The notes under the pieces are model-generated. The model was not told where the DNA came from and made no database searches. It saw only the letters and a program-made list of their open reading frames with translations. Source: Eledone cirrhosa (lineage: Eukaryota). Taken from it: 64,000 bases of DNA. Position 1 is the first letter of the stretch. Every line of letters begins with the position of its first letter. Of this stretch, positions 28,486 to 43,210 are shown piece after piece. The position numbers and the translations under genes were made by a program. The stretch lies in assembly GCA_964016885.1 (NCBI GenBank), contig OZ024743.1, positions 229,462,001-229,526,000 of the forward strand, read 5' to 3'.

Positions 28486-28659
28486 CGAAGGAAATGTGGT
28501 AAGGAACCAGGTGGACCATAACGCACCAAAGTACTCAATACTTGAGGTAGTAGAGTGGGTAATAGGAACCAGTAAGACCCCGACAGCTGAGCTCAAGCCG
28601 TTTCGTCCAGAATTAGCCGTCGAAACGGCTTGAGCTCAGCTGTCGGGGTCTTACTGGTT

Positions 28660-28664
<5 letters not shown>
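28483..28664. mobile_element. Family A mini hairpin insert in (TA)n
   Basis: Tail 28483-28561, arms 28562-28605 / 28621-28664. Confidence 0.85.
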
Positions 28665-28726
<62 letters not shown>

Positions 28727-29097
28727 GCATATATGTATACACATATATATATATTCACATACACATATACATACATTCCAATAAAAACCAAAAGTTAAAA
28801 GTAGAAAGAACAAAAGAAACCAAAAATCTAAATCAAAATAAAACAAATTATAATATAAGAATTAAACGATAAATATAACCACAGAGACAGAATATAAAAC
28901 TGGAAAATGAAATTGTATGTATGTATGTCAGTATGTTGTGTGTATGCATATGTGTGTATGCATATGTATGTATGAATGCATATAAATATGTAAGTATGTT
29001 TGTATCTATCTATATATCTATGTATTATAGTATTATATATCTGCATGTATTTGTATCTATATATATATATATACCCCGACATCCACATATATTTATG

Positions 29098-29148
<51 letters not shown>

Positions 29149-29729
29149 TATATATTTTATATATATATAGTTACATAGATAGATAGCTAGATAGATAGAT
29201 ATAGATATATATACATACATTTATATATATATAATTGTATACAATGACAGATCTATATCCTCACATCAGATGTGTGAGTATGCCTGCGTCAGAGACGGTA
29301 ATACACCCCCCCCCCAAAAAAAAAAATCCATAAACCCATTTAGAAATACAAAATTTGAAAAAAGACGCGGAGAAAGATAGAGACCAAGATAGAAAATATG
29401 AAAGACAGCAAAATATAAGAGATAGTTAGAGAGATTGGTTAAGATGTATATAGAGAGAATTACAGTTAAATAGATAGATAGGCATACACTATGTGAGAGC
29501 AAGTGAATTACTGAAATCTAGGAAGAATACGGTAGTGATGGAGAATATCTGAAACAGAGAGTAAGGGAGAATTGAGAGATTGAAAGAAGGAGGAACGAAG
29601 AAGAGAAGGGAAAGTGGGAGCAATTGAAAGAGAGTGCGGGTAGAGTGACAATTGGACAGTAAAATAGAAAAAAAAATCAGAAAGAGACAACTATAGATAC
29701 AGAAAGAGTGTGTGTCTGGGAGATCGAGA

Positions 29730-29824
<95 letters not shown>

Positions 29825-29841
29825 TGTGAGAATGCAATAGA

Positions 29842-29925
<84 letters not shown>

Positions 29926-30034
29926 CAGAGAGAGCGAGAGAAAGAAAAAAACATAGACAACATCTGAATGACATTTTCATTTTCTTTTGTAAATGTTGCA
30001 ATGAAAAGATGTTTGTTGTATGTATTTGTGTGTG

Positions 30035-30094
<60 letters not shown>

Positions 30095-31203
30095 CTTATA
30101 CTCACCACACACACGCGCACACATAGACATAGACACACACACACGCATACATATATATATATGTATGTGCGTTTGTACATTATATATTTGCCCATATTAT
30201 ATATTTGTTTATAATTTGATTTGAGAGGAAGGTGGGAACAGATAGTTAGATAAATAGATAAATAGATAGAGAGAGAAGGGGGGGGGAGATACAGAGAAGG
30301 GTAGGGAACAAGAGAGTGAGAGAGGAGGATGTAGGAAAAGAGGAAGAGATTTAGTGTCGTGTTATAAAATAAAGGTTTCAACAAGAATCTAAATTTTACA
30401 TTTAGATTTGGAAGTAACAGTATTTTGCTTTCGTCTGAAAATACTGAAAGTGAGGCTTTTTGTTCGAATGAATGATTTCCCTCACCTCGTCAAGAAAAAT
30501 ATCCTCAACACCATCAACGACAGAAACAGTAACACCAACATCACCAACAACTACAATTACAACCACATGAACAAATACAATGAGAACATTCAAATGATAC
30601 ATATATATACGTGTGTGTGTGTGTTTCTCTGTGTGTGCGTATGTGTTTATCTGTGCGTGGGGTGTGTATAAACTCTATGAAATTCTTGATTTAGTCATTC
30701 AATAGTGTGATTCAACGATCAGTCAAGACGTTCGACACCGCTCACTCGCGATGTTTTATGTTCATATTCTCAGTATCACACACACCTTTCTTCTACACAG
30801 TGGTTTGTGTAGTGCGCAGTAAAATATTTTAATCTATGAGCTGCTTAGATCGATGACAGAATCGAGGCGCTATTTATTGACATACAATGAGTTCAAATCC
30901 TACCGAGGTGAACATTGCATTTCATCCTTCTGAGATCTCTATAATTAAGTTCCAGTCAATCACTGGAGTTGATATAATTGACTTACCTTTTCTCCGAATG
31001 TCTAGCTGGCCTTGTCTATAATTTATAAATAGTTAGCATTTAAGAGTGATAGGTGTAGACTCCGAGCAAGGTGGTTGGATAACATCCATGGGCTTAGTTG
31101 GTTTCTCGTGGGGATCCAGCAGGATCAGTTGGAGACGGTTGCTTCTGACCCACTGGAAAGCGTGTTTGGATGGAGAGTCTCTGCACCCTCAGGAATAAGT
31201 GGG

Positions 31204-31241
<38 letters not shown>

Positions 31242-31587
31242 CAGAAGAAGAAGAAGAAGAAGAAGAAGAAGAAGAAGAAGAAGAAGAAGAAGAAGAAGAG
31301 GAGGAGGAGGAGGAGGAGGAGGAGGAGGAGGAGGTATAGTAGAGTCGATAGAGTAGTGGGAAAAATGTTTTATGGCATTTTTTACGGCTTTTTGCTTTCT
31401 GAGCTTATCGATCGGGTGTTGTGGTATTTACTTCGGTTCTTTAAGTACTGAGTTCAAACCCTACCGAGATCAACTTTCATCCTTCCAGGTTCGTTAAAAT
31501 ATATTACCGGTCAAATACTCGAGTGGATATAATGGAATTTCCCTTTTCCATAATTGTTTACCTTGAGCCTAAATTATAAAACATTAT

Positions 31588-31771
31588 TGGATTGGCAGTA
31601 TCGGTAGAGGGTCGGACGCCATGCTTTGACGTGTAGAGTTACGGCCCTTGCCATTCTCAGTTCAAATCCCGCCGAGGTTAACTTTGCCTTTCATCCTTAC
31701 GGGGTCGATAAAATAAAGTACCAGTAATACACTGGGTAATTGCTGGCCTTGTGCTAAAAGTAGAAACAATT
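31588..31771 (+). mobile_element. SINE, same family (further copies at ~34993-35235, 41000-41138, 44887-45003, 48545-48660)
   Basis: Same core sequence. Confidence 0.9.
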
Positions 31772-31801
31772 ATTATTAATATAATTGCAAGACATGCTTA
31801 C

Positions 31802-32019
31802 GTGGTGTTATCATTTGGATTTATAATTTGTTGATATTTCCCCTAGCACATGGATGTTTATTTCTGTGTTGTCTTGTAGACGTGGTACATACAAATTTGA
31901 GAATTTTGCTTTCGTGCTTTTTCTCCATTTGGGAACAAAAAGACATTTTTTTATCATAGATTTTTTTCTTGTTTGCATTCACTTAAAATGGCCACGAGGC
32001 ATCATAGAGACAACGAGCC
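31802..32019 (-). other. Candidate spliced exon, probably untranslated
   Basis: Acceptor tttattttcactttcttccag and donor CAC|gtaagc in unique sequence; no open frame through it. Confidence 0.3.
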
Positions 32020-32201
32020 CTGGAAGAAAGTGAAAATAAAGACATCTACACAGAAAATACATAAAAATAAACAAGATTATTTTACAGCAAGGTAGACACT
32101 TCGAAAGAAAAAATGTCATTTCTATGGAGAATAGTACAAGAGTGAACAATACTAGCGACGCGTTTAGCAACAGCAACAGCAACAGCAGCAGCAGCAGCAG
32201 C

Positions 32202-32256
<55 letters not shown>

Positions 32257-33330
32257 GCAGCAGCAGCAGTGACGACAGCAACACACAAACATAGATTTTG
32301 CCAAACAAAAATATTGTAAATGACGTTAATAGTGTGTTAGAGCTCCGTCGGTTATTACAACGAATGTTCCAATTGTTTGAACAACAGAACAGCCTGCTCG
32401 TGAAATTATTTTGCAACTGGTTGAGCATTTTATAGATGCGTGTTTTCAGGGAGATTCGACATTGCACATGTATGTGACAAGACTGAATTCTAACTACATC
32501 TCATTTTTCCCAACTGAAAGGACTGGAACAGCTTAAAATAAATTATCTTGCTCATGGACACAGCGCGCCGCCCGATATGGGAATCGAACTTGATTTTACC
32601 ATTGTGACTCCAACACTTTAACCACCAAGTCACCTATCTTCACAACACGTTAATGGTAGTGGAAGCAATTTTATTAACATTACGTGTTGCAAGCTGGCTT
32701 TCGACATGGAACAAATACAATCAGAGGAGGTGAGCTAGTAGTGCATCACGAAAGAGTGTCATCTTGTCTGAAGAATTGTTCCAAGAAGAAATGTAGCAAA
32801 TATTTAAAATTAAAGAGAGAGGTGACAGATCAAGTTTGTGTATGTCATATAACTGCCAATAAACTTATAATATGCGGCATGGACCAACGATATACAATGG
32901 TCACAGACAAGAACAATAAAAATGACATTGGTAGCGCAGTATTGGGGTTGATGAGTATGAAGGTGACGAGAAATGATATGTAGTCGGGAGGTTGAGGTGG
33001 AGGTAGTTGTATAGTTATACAAGTCCTATTGATTTCTGATAGCCACTACCCATTTTCAAGCTTTGTTCCGTCGTCAGTGCGGAATCAAAAGGAATGAGAT
33101 TTGCCTGGCAGGGCACAAAACTCAGTTGATATATATATATGTGGTCGTAAGCGGTATTTGAGGGAAGATCATGGAGTACTTTGACTTAACCTAGGCAGTA
33201 ACATCTCACCCGTGTGTGATGGGGCTGGCCTTATTTGTTGTATTCGTATCTATTCATTTACATTTGGGTATGAGTGTGTACATAAATATATATATATATA
33301 TATATAGATGTGTGTGTGTGTGTATATATA

Positions 33331-33412
<82 letters not shown>

Positions 33413-36262
33413 TGTGTGTGTATACACACACACATATATGTATGTGTATATAAGAGTTTGTGTCTTTGTATGTTTGGGTGTGTTTTGTATGTGGGTTTGG
33501 AGTATTATACACCACCTTATTCTCGTATTCATAAACAAGGAGGGGCGGTTGTAGGGAGGGAGAAAGAGGAGGAATAATATGGCGATGAGACTAGCAATTT
33601 ACAACAACGAAGCCGCCTTTAATTTATTCAACAGAAGCTGCGACGTCAATCAATAGACACCCCAGTAATGATAACATATTTTCCCAAAAATGCGATGACA
33701 AGAAATCATTTATTCTTAGGGATCATGGAAAATAAGAAGTATCAAGAAGTGATTACCTATCATTTCCCTTAACATTTATCGTTTATATATTCATTTATCT
33801 TTATTTTGTTTGGGCATTTGTTTGTTTATTTTAGACCTAGCCGCCGGCCATTTTGTTTTCACGATAAATATATAATGGCTTGAAATGAGAAAACCACCAC
33901 CACCACCACCACCATCACCACCACCATCACCCCCACGTCCATCACCACCACCAACAACAACAGCAACAACAAAACCTTAACTGTAGAAGGTTCCAAAATT
34001 TCCCTGTATGTTGCCTGCACACTTTTTCTAAAATGAGAAAATGCCGTTTACGATATACAAATGCTCTCGGCTTGAAATGGGTCATATTTTTAAAGATTAC
34101 AGTAGTGCTGTTGTAGTAGTTATTGTCATCGTTGCTGTTGTTGTAGTTGTTGTTGTTGTCTTTATGTTGTTGTTATTATTTACCCAAGGAAAGCCATGTT
34201 TCATGGGGCCTATAAACAAAGGGCTTCCATGTATGTCCATTACATCTCTTGTTTTCCCATGTGTCTCTAATTCTGCATTATAGAAAGTCATAGTTGTTGT
34301 TCAGCAGACCAGTTAACAACGATGTTTTAAGTTATCTCTAGCCACATTATACAATAGGACCTTCTTTGTTTCTCATTAAAACGGCGTGGCGCGATTTAAG
34401 AGAAGTTTAGGTGCTATTTTTAGCAAATCAAATGTCTACAGTGAAGTTCTCTCCCTGACAGGAGATATAATAATCTTATACTGTAAAAATCGTTTTTCTT
34501 ACTTTTATCTTTAAGTATTTGTGTATTCCTGACATACATTTTGAATTTCTACCTAAGGCTAATTCTTACTCAGTAGGAAATAAATAATATATTGCTATAC
34601 TATTTGCATATATGCTAATGTTGTGATTGTTATTGTTTAGCCCCAAGTGAAGCTTGATTGAGTAGACCTCCGGTTAAATACGTTCGTTGCAGCTGTGAAC
34701 AACCCATATATTTATCAGTGTGCAACCAGCGCTGCCTCATCTAATGTATATTGCCACTTTTAAGATAGCAGGGTGTGGCTTGAGAGATATTTATCTGAAG
34801 CGACAGTATAGAGGCCTACTCGTCGGTTCTGCCGTCGCTACTATTGTCGTTGAATAGTCTATATGATTCTGATGAAGCAGACCAGTGATTAAAGGCGATC
34901 TAGAATGACCATTTCTGTCTTTGTAAATTATATCTAAGATTACATTATACCATGTATTTTTATTTTTCACTATTTCAAAGACAAGTTTGTGAGTACCAGT
35001 AATGCACTGGGTAATTGCTGGCCTTGTGCCTAAAGTAGAAACAATTATTAACGTCGTAAAAGGCATAGAGTTACGGCCCTTTACATCCCGGGTGCAAATC
35101 TCACCGAGGTTAGCTTTGCCTTTAATCTTTACGGGGTCGATAAAATAAAACACCAGTAATGCACTGGGGTCGAATTAATCGACTTTCACCCTCTCCCCCA
35201 ATTGCGGGCTTTGTGCCTACAGTACAAATCATTATTAACGCTGCATACCTAATAGTTCAGAATTGCATTTTGCTCTCATTAGTTCTCGAGTTCGATCCCA
35301 CTGCATGACATCGTGGGCATATGCACTTTAACATAGTTGTGGATTGATCTATGCCTTGTGAGTTTTATTGGGTAGACGGAGACTATTTAGAAGCCCGTCA
35401 GATAGATTGTACCTGTAATTCAAAAGGCTAGTCTTCTCACATACTGTGTCACACTTAATTTTACCGAGAATTATGTTAAGGCTACACGTGTCCGCGAAAT
35501 GAGCAGGTCATTCTGTTGATCGAACGATTGGTACGATTGAAACTGACGGAGACCCAGTCAGGCGTGCCATTTAAAACAAAAATTCCCTATTAAATTTAGC
35601 AGGGCAAATGAATAGAATCAAAGGAATTGCTACTATTACATTTCGTCCTTTCAATCAGAGCCGTCATTTCCATACTTGATACCATATCTTTAAGTTCAAC
35701 TTTTCTGTCTTTCTTTCACAAAATCCTGATCAACTAAAATGCGTTCTATCCCCGACAAACCTATTTTCTTTCTATGGCATATCATATCCAAACGAAGTTA
35801 TATAGAATTTTCAACCCCATCAAAGAAAATATAATGTAAATTCCCTACGAGATTTGACTGATATTTTCAGCCAGATCGACCTGAATGTGAATTTCATTCG
35901 TTCTGATAATGGTGGTGACGATATTGTTATTGGTCTTCGTCTAAATTATCACCGCCTTTACGTCTTCGTTTCTGTTTCTGTTTCTTCTCTTTCACACACA
36001 CACACATACACACACTTTCACATTTACACACCTACATATCCACTGTATTTACAAAACCATTTATTTCCTATTCAGCACAGACGCCTTCGGGCACAGCCTT
36101 TTAAAACACGACCAACTGAACTTCTTAACTTCTTATATATCAACGCTGGATTCAACAGTTTTCCAAGAGATTGCGACCTGTTTTCTCTCAAAGAAATATT
36201 TTGTCCTTTCTGCCACTGTTCACTCTCCTCTATCTTTATATTTTTTCTTCAATTTCTCCTTC

Positions 36263-36392
36263 TATTTTCTGATGAAGGAATAGCGTCCGAAACGGTAATA
36301 CTTTTTTCCTATTATATCAAGCGTAAATCTAATATATTTCTTCATTGTACGGTGTCATTTGCTTTGTTATTTCTGTACACATTTTGCATATA
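36263..36392 (+). ncRNA. Decayed hammerhead plus PLE-like tail
   Basis: CUGAUGA-a-gga(atagcg)tcc-GAAA-cg-GUA; stem I poorly paired. The tail resembles 20340-20460, a more decayed copy. Confidence 0.5.
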
Positions 36393-36425
<33 letters not shown>

Positions 36426-36480
36426 TGTATGTATGTATGTATGTATGTATGTATGTATGTATGTATGTATGTATGTATGT

Positions 36481-37082
36481 CACCAGTTGGTGCTACTTGT
36501 AACATGTATCCCAGTACAACCTGTCTCATGGTCGGGTCGTTGGCGACTAAACTGGCAACCCCACCAAGGTTTCTTGGTGAGGAGGGTGACTTTGGACATC
36601 CTGCAGGACTAAAAACAAAACCTGTCAAAGGGCAAAGGAGCTCTTAAGAGTCAATGGCCATCCAAAATCACCGGGAGAGATGACCCCTTAGCCTTTGTCA
36701 AGGCAGAATTCTAGGAGAAGGAAAACTCTGATATAACACCTGCAACCCTGATGGTATCCAATGATGTTGACTTGTTCTTCTTTTTGGTAAATATCATCTT
36801 GGTTAAGAGAGTGGGACTGGCTATGTGCAGTGCCTTTGCTCACTATAAAAGCTTCACGGCACAGGCATTGCTTTATATCTGGAGATCTCTCTGCACTTGT
36901 CGTCACATGGTACCATGGGCCCAGCACTATGTGTCAATAATTGTCACAAGTGTAGTGTTTGTACCAGAGTTTTCAAGTCGCTGGCTGGACTAAAAAGTCA
37001 CACTCGTTCAGCCCATTGGTAGGGGTTCTCCTACATGGATATAAAGTAGTGGCCGTACTCGAAAACTAGTTGGCAGCCACCA
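36481..37082 (+). mobile_element. ~600 bp non-coding retroposon in (TATG)n, possibly RTE-derived
   Basis: Highly similar inverted copy at 14476-15027; contains ggagaaggaaaactctg and ends in a simple-repeat tail. Confidence 0.75.
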
Positions 37083-37705
37083 TGTATGTATGTATGTATG
37101 TATGTATGTATGTATGTATGTATGTATGTATGTATGTATGTGTCTACACGCCCATGCGCACACACATATATATATAAGGGCATTATGATTTCTTTGAGCA
37201 ATTCTAAATTTTGGTAATTTCAAATCTGGAAAAAACATTTCTGATGTATCTATTTTATTGTCGTCAGCCTGGTTCATCTGGTTTATTGTCGTCAATAAAA
37301 ACTGATTGTTATAATTCTTTATTCATATTAGTAAATTTAATTATTTGGACTTTATTTTATGAGGACTTGTAAAGACTACTGTTTATTCAATTAGATTTCG
37401 TTCTATAGATGACTTGCAGGCTAGGTTCACTGACGAAATACAACGTATAACCGAAAATCAGTTGTAAAATATATTTCTAAAACATCAGAATCGTGTCCTG
37501 GTGTAACGATTGGTGGGGGATACAATAAAATTACCAGTATCAAGGATAAATTCATTTAAATAGTCATGGCAGTCTGGATATGGAGCCCGCTGCCCAACCA
37601 TGCAGTTTGGAGTCCTAATCTTCTACTATAACCTAGGGTTGATCAATGCCTTCTGAGTGGAATTTGGTCGACGAAAATTATACAATTATACATATACATA
37701 TATAC

Positions 37706-37800
<95 letters not shown>

Positions 37801-37839
37801 CATATGTATATATATATATAAATATATAAATAAATATAT

Positions 37840-38730
37840 AATAATAATGATACTATTTATAGTTATGTATATACTATAAACAACTATAAACAGGAATGGT
37901 CAGTAATTTATTACTACCTTATTACCAGTAAGAGAAATAGCTCAATGTAAGAACATCAGGTGTTTTAGAGAGCAGGAATATAAATTATACAATTATCAAA
38001 GTTATGTTCAAATAATTTTTTTGCTGACAATGTTTCTTCCAAACTTGAAAACAATAAGACCAATTTACAATCCATTGCTATAACTAACTAAAAACATTCA
38101 ATATAAACATTAACTAAAATATAATTTAACATATGAAATGGAAGAGATAACAATAACTTTGATACTCTCAACACATACACATTTGAACACTACAGAAACT
38201 ACCATCACATTACATCCACCATAATTTGAATATACTAACACCTTTGCTTGATATGCTTGTATACCTGTGTTATTTTATGTGATACCTTTGCCATACAGTA
38301 TTTATTTATGCCTAAAACCTTTGCTTGTTTCCTTCATATATATGACTAACGCATGTGCACTCTCTACACGCTTGCATATGTACTGCTAGTGTTTTCATTC
38401 TTCCTCAATGCCTCTTTAATTATTAGACTATTCCCTTGTATTATCTGTTGCATGTATTCCACTCTGTGCTTTTAATTTGAATTTGAATTATTGTACAATT
38501 CTCGTATAATATATGTCGCATCCATTCCACCCTGTAAATACGAAACTGTTGTTCACAACATCAATATATATATATATATATATATATATGATTGTTCAGT
38601 TGAATAGGAGGTTAATTATATGTACAAACATTGCTAATGCTCCGATGATTCCAAACGAAAGTTTGGAAGAAACGATTGTCAGCAATCAAATGATTTGAAC
38701 ATAACTTTGATAATTGTGTAATTTATAAAT
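37840..38730. mobile_element. Head-to-head PLE-type insert in (TA)n
   Basis: 37979-38046 is the reverse complement of ~38659-38727 (truncated inside hammerhead stem II); tail 37840-37978 on the left arm. Confidence 0.7.
38638..38684 (+). ncRNA. Minimal type I hammerhead with U4C change
   Basis: tgct-CCGAUGA-ttccaaac(GAAA)gtttggaa-GAAA-cgattg-UC-agca; perfect 8-bp stem II with GNRA loop. Confidence 0.75.
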
Positions 38731-38795
38731 AAATATATATATATATAACGGTAAGAGAATAATAATTAATTATTTCAAATATCTAGATTAGTTCT

Positions 38796-38871
<76 letters not shown>

Positions 38872-39947
38872 ATAAACATCTTCTTTGAAAGACTTTTTGA
38901 AAGTTTAAAAAAAAACTCTTTTCAAAAAATATTTTTGAAAGATATCTTTGAAAGATAAGGAAAAACTATTATTTTCATATCTTTCAATATTTTAAACATT
39001 TTTAATATTTATGTATTTGCATATATTTCCAAATACTTCTATATATTTGGAATAATGTATGGTTTATGTTTTAATTATATTTTAAGATGAATTTTTATAA
39101 CTTCTTATAACTTTTGAGTTTAAAAAAAATCCCTTTTAAACTTCCTTTAAACTTCCTTATTGTTTTTTATAATCTCAATTTTTATAGTCTTAATTTATAG
39201 TCTGAATATTTAAATGGTTTTAGTATATACTTCTAATTAAGTACTTCATCCTTTGTAAACTCTCGCAATTTTTCGTAATCTTTTGAATTTTTTATGTGTT
39301 ACTTACAACTATTAACAAATTCCTGCTAAATACCCTTTTGCCAAACTTACTTTAATTAAATAAACAAAACTAGATTCTAAATATTTTTTCAATGTAAAAT
39401 ACTATACATTTAAATAATTTACCATCTATAACATAACATACCCATCTAAATCCATATATTATTAATACATCTTAATATATTTTTAATACTTCTTATTTTA
39501 AATTAAATTTAACAATATTTTTATTTATTCTTAATTTAATTTTTAACTTATCATTATAAATATAGTATTAGGTTTAATATAAACATAGCATAATGAACGT
39601 TATATTTACGATTTGAGTATCCATCCCTGGAAAAGCTCATTTCTTCGCTCGCTCTTCCTTAAATTTTATTCACTATCACTCTCCATAATCTTGTCTCTCT
39701 TTCTTTCTCCCTTTTTATCACTCTTTTTCTTTCTTCTTCTCTCTTTCTCTTTCTCTTTTTTTTCTCTCTCTCCCTTTCACTATTCTTTCTCTCTCCCTTT
39801 TCTTTTTTCAATTTTTCTGACACTCATTTGCATACTTACTCATAACTTTGAATCACCCTCAATAAAATATTTTTTCCACTATCCAGCGAACCTCAACCGG
39901 TAAGGTTGTGTTTATGCGGGTATGTCACTATTTATGAAACAAATTTG

Positions 39948-40142
39948 TATTTTATCTGATTAAAGCACACCAAAATTTGCCTTGGTTACCCTTGAAATAT
40001 ATATAATAAAATAATTATGGTTTTATAAATATAGTTTCCATTTATTAATATATTTTATATTTACTCCACTACTGTTGAGTGCTTTATATCAGTTATAAAC
40101 ATTTTAAAGCTTGATGAATCCCAACAAATTAAATATAACCTC

Positions 40143-40146
<4 letters not shown>
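39948..40146 (+). ncRNA. Decayed hammerhead (G8U) plus tail, same family as the 46592-46922 insert
   Basis: tattttat-CUGAUUA-aag...ctt-GAAA-tatata-UA-ataaaata; downstream sequence matches the reverse complement of 46592-46730; ends at (TA)n. Confidence 0.7.
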
Positions 40147-40209
<63 letters not shown>

Positions 40210-41146
40210 CTCAAGTTATATATATTTAAAATTGAACAAGGCCCCTACAATACCCTTGTATTGGTGGAAAGAGAGAGAGAGAGGGGAGGGGGGAATAAAA
40301 GAGACAAAGAGAGGAAAGGAAAGGAGGGAGAGAGAGGGAGAGAAATAAGAAAAGTGAGAGATATTAAATACATCATGACTATCACATAGATCTTTACGTA
40401 ATGTAGTTTGAAATAAAATATATTTGAAATTATGAGATGATCATGGATTGTCTTCGACCAAAAGTGTGCTCAGTCATGACTGATCTAAGTTCACAAAAAA
40501 CAACAACAATAACAAAATTAAAAAACAATAAATAATCAGTGTTTCCAGAATGGTGATGCTATATTTAGTGACTGGAATATTTTGGCCTGAAGGAATTCTA
40601 AACATTTGACAACATCATTGAACTTTGAGTGAGAGCTTTCAGGAAAAGAAATTAAAAAGATGAAAAGGAAAATAAAATATTTTAAAAAGCAAAAATGGCA
40701 GCGAGGAAGGAACACATTATATAGCTCCAAAATTATTTTCTTATTTCTATATTGTTGGACCTCCGTCGGTTTCGAAGACGAATGTTCCATTTGTTTGACA
40801 AACAGGACAGGACAGCTTGCACGTCAAATTAGCAGGGAAATGTCTGAGTATTCTGAAGACAAGTGTTCTTTTAACCCTTTAGAAAACGATCCCAGCCGAG
40901 ACAGTAACACTGAAAGTGATCAAATTTAAATTCAATCCTTTGATGGAAATCTCATTATTACATGCCGGATAATAATAGATACCATTAGTTATGTATTTGT
41001 GGCTCTTTACGTTCTGAGTTCAAATCCTGTCGAGGTTAGCTTTGCCTTTCATCCTTACGGGGTCGATAAAATAATGCACCAGTAATGCACTGGGGTTGAT
41101 TTAAGAGACTTTCCCCTCCTCACAAATTGCTGGCCTTTTGCCCAAA

Positions 41147-41660
41147 GTACCACTGAAGCAGGTGGAGAAGTTCAAGTATCTCGGGGCCGTGTTCAGGAGT
41201 GATGGAAGGCAGGAGATTAAATCAAGTGCAGGTATTGCAGGAGCTGGTGCAGTAATGCGCCATCTTCAGCATTCAGTAATCAGAAGATATATTGGTGTAA
41301 AAGCTAAAATCGCTATTTTTCAATTCTATTTTCCTGCCAACCCTTACCTATAGCCATAGATCAAATACAAGCGGTCGAAATGGGGCTCCCCCGAAGTGTC
41401 TTTGGTGTAACGTTACTCGAAAGATTGCGTAGTTCGGAGATCAGAGTATCGCCCCAGTTAGAGCAGCTACTACTCCGAATTGAGAGATCCCAGCTCCGAT
41501 AATACGGGCATGTGTTTAGAATGTTTCAGGAAAGAATCACTGGACAGATTTTACGGGCAACACTAACCGACAGGAGATCCAAAGTTTGACTCCGGATGTT
41601 TGGATAACATGCATGAGCTCGGCGTCTCCCCTGGGAGATCCAGCCGGATCAATTGGAGAA
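41147..41660 (+). mobile_element. RTE LINE 3' fragment
   Basis: LKQVEKFKYLG, IQAVEMG, RIERSQLR*YGHVFRM; related 3' end also at ~31050-31200. Confidence 0.85.
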
Positions 41661-42494
41661 AAAGAATTAATTTCAAATCTACTTTAATAAACTTCTGATA
41701 ATCTTTGATTAATTTAATAATTAAAACACAATGATAGTATGTTCTTGTCAGAAATATAATCACAGTAGGCTGGCCCATTGAATAACAAGTACAATTTTCT
41801 TCCAGTTGAGTGGACTGGAACAACATAAAATAAAATGTCTTGTTCAAGGATTTAACATACCGCCTGGTCTTGGAATCGAACTTACGATCTTACGAGCAGA
41901 ACACCTAGACCACAAAGTCACGCAACTTCACTACTACTTGAACATTGTTAAATTTACTGCTCACAACTATGCAGGTTTAACGGGCCTCCTATAAAGTCGT
42001 ATCTCATGCGTCATTTAATGTTATGGCTTCAGTCCTATCATGAAAATCATTGTGAAATAAAACGTCTTGCTCAAGAATACAAAGTAGCAACCGGTCTACC
42101 TATCGAACTAACAGCGTAATGACCATGAACCGAAAACTCTAACCACTAAACCAACGCGCGTTTGACTACTACCTTGAATAACGACACATACAAAAAAAAA
42201 AAAAAAAATCAATGCTATAGAATCTCTGATTCCTTGGAAGATGCTGGGAATTGCTAAAATATCCTAAGGGAAATATTTTGTTTGGTTTCTCATTCTGTCT
42301 GTAATGTGTCAGACTTGAATAATGAATTTAAACAAAACAACTGAATTTCTAATTTTTTTCATCCCTGCTTCCCCTCGTTGTGTTTTTTTTGTTCTTTTTT
42401 ACTGTTGCTGTTGTTTAGCCCCAGGTCAGATTTAGGCCCTGATCTACTACATCTATGATTAAGTACATCCGTTCTAATAATAACCACTCCAGAG

Positions 42495-43210
42495 TGTTCT
42501 GAGTTCAAATTCCACCAATGTTAGCGTTGCCTTTCATCCTTACGGGGTCGATCAAATAAAGCACCAGTAACGCACTGGGGTAGATTTAATCGACTTTGCC
42601 ATCCCCCAAAATTGCTGGCCTTGTATCTATAGTAGAAACAATTATCATTAGTGAATTGGCAGTATCGGTAGAGGGTTGGACGCCATGCTTTCTAGGATAG
42701 TTACGTCCCTTTACGGTCTGAGTTCAAATCCCTCCAAGATTAACTTTGCCTTTCATCCTTACGGGGTCGATAAAATAAAGTACCAGAAATACATTGGGAT
42801 AATTGCTGGCCTTTTGCCAAATGTAGAAACAATTATTATTACTTAGAGAGGTGATGTGTTGGATTGGCAGTATCGGTAGAGTGTCGGACACCTTGATTCG
42901 CGACATAGAGTTACGTCCCTTTACGTTATGAGTTCAAATCCCACCAAGGTTAGCTTTGCCTTTCATCCTTACGGGGTCGAGAAAATAAAGTACCAATAAT
43001 ACACAGGAGTCGATTTAATCGACTTTCCCTTTCCCTAAAATTATATCAGAAACCTTTATTAAGGGAAGAAGATTGACAGAATCGTTGGAACATCAAAAGA
43101 GATAGTTTGCTGTCTTTACTATTCAAGTTCAAATCCTGCCAAGTTATTTCGTCTCTGATTTGCTTTTCATTCTTTCGGAGGTCGATAAAATAAAGTACCA
43201 TTCAAGTATT
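42495..43210 (+). mobile_element. Tandem run of four SINE copies
   Basis: The gttcaaat..ctttcat..gtcga..aaataaag core recurs at ~42502, 42720, 42930, 43126 with differing divergence. Confidence 0.85.

Noticed and set aside
33040-33085. CUGACGA...GAAA..UA on the minus strand
   Set aside because: Stem II does not pair and stem I is out of register.
37425-37470. CUGACGA...GAAA on the plus strand
   Set aside because: No convincing stem I or cleavage triplet.
42495-43210. Repeat-spacer pattern, CRISPR-like or tRNA cluster
   Set aside because: Diverged SINE copies in eukaryotic DNA; no cloverleaf and no cas genes.
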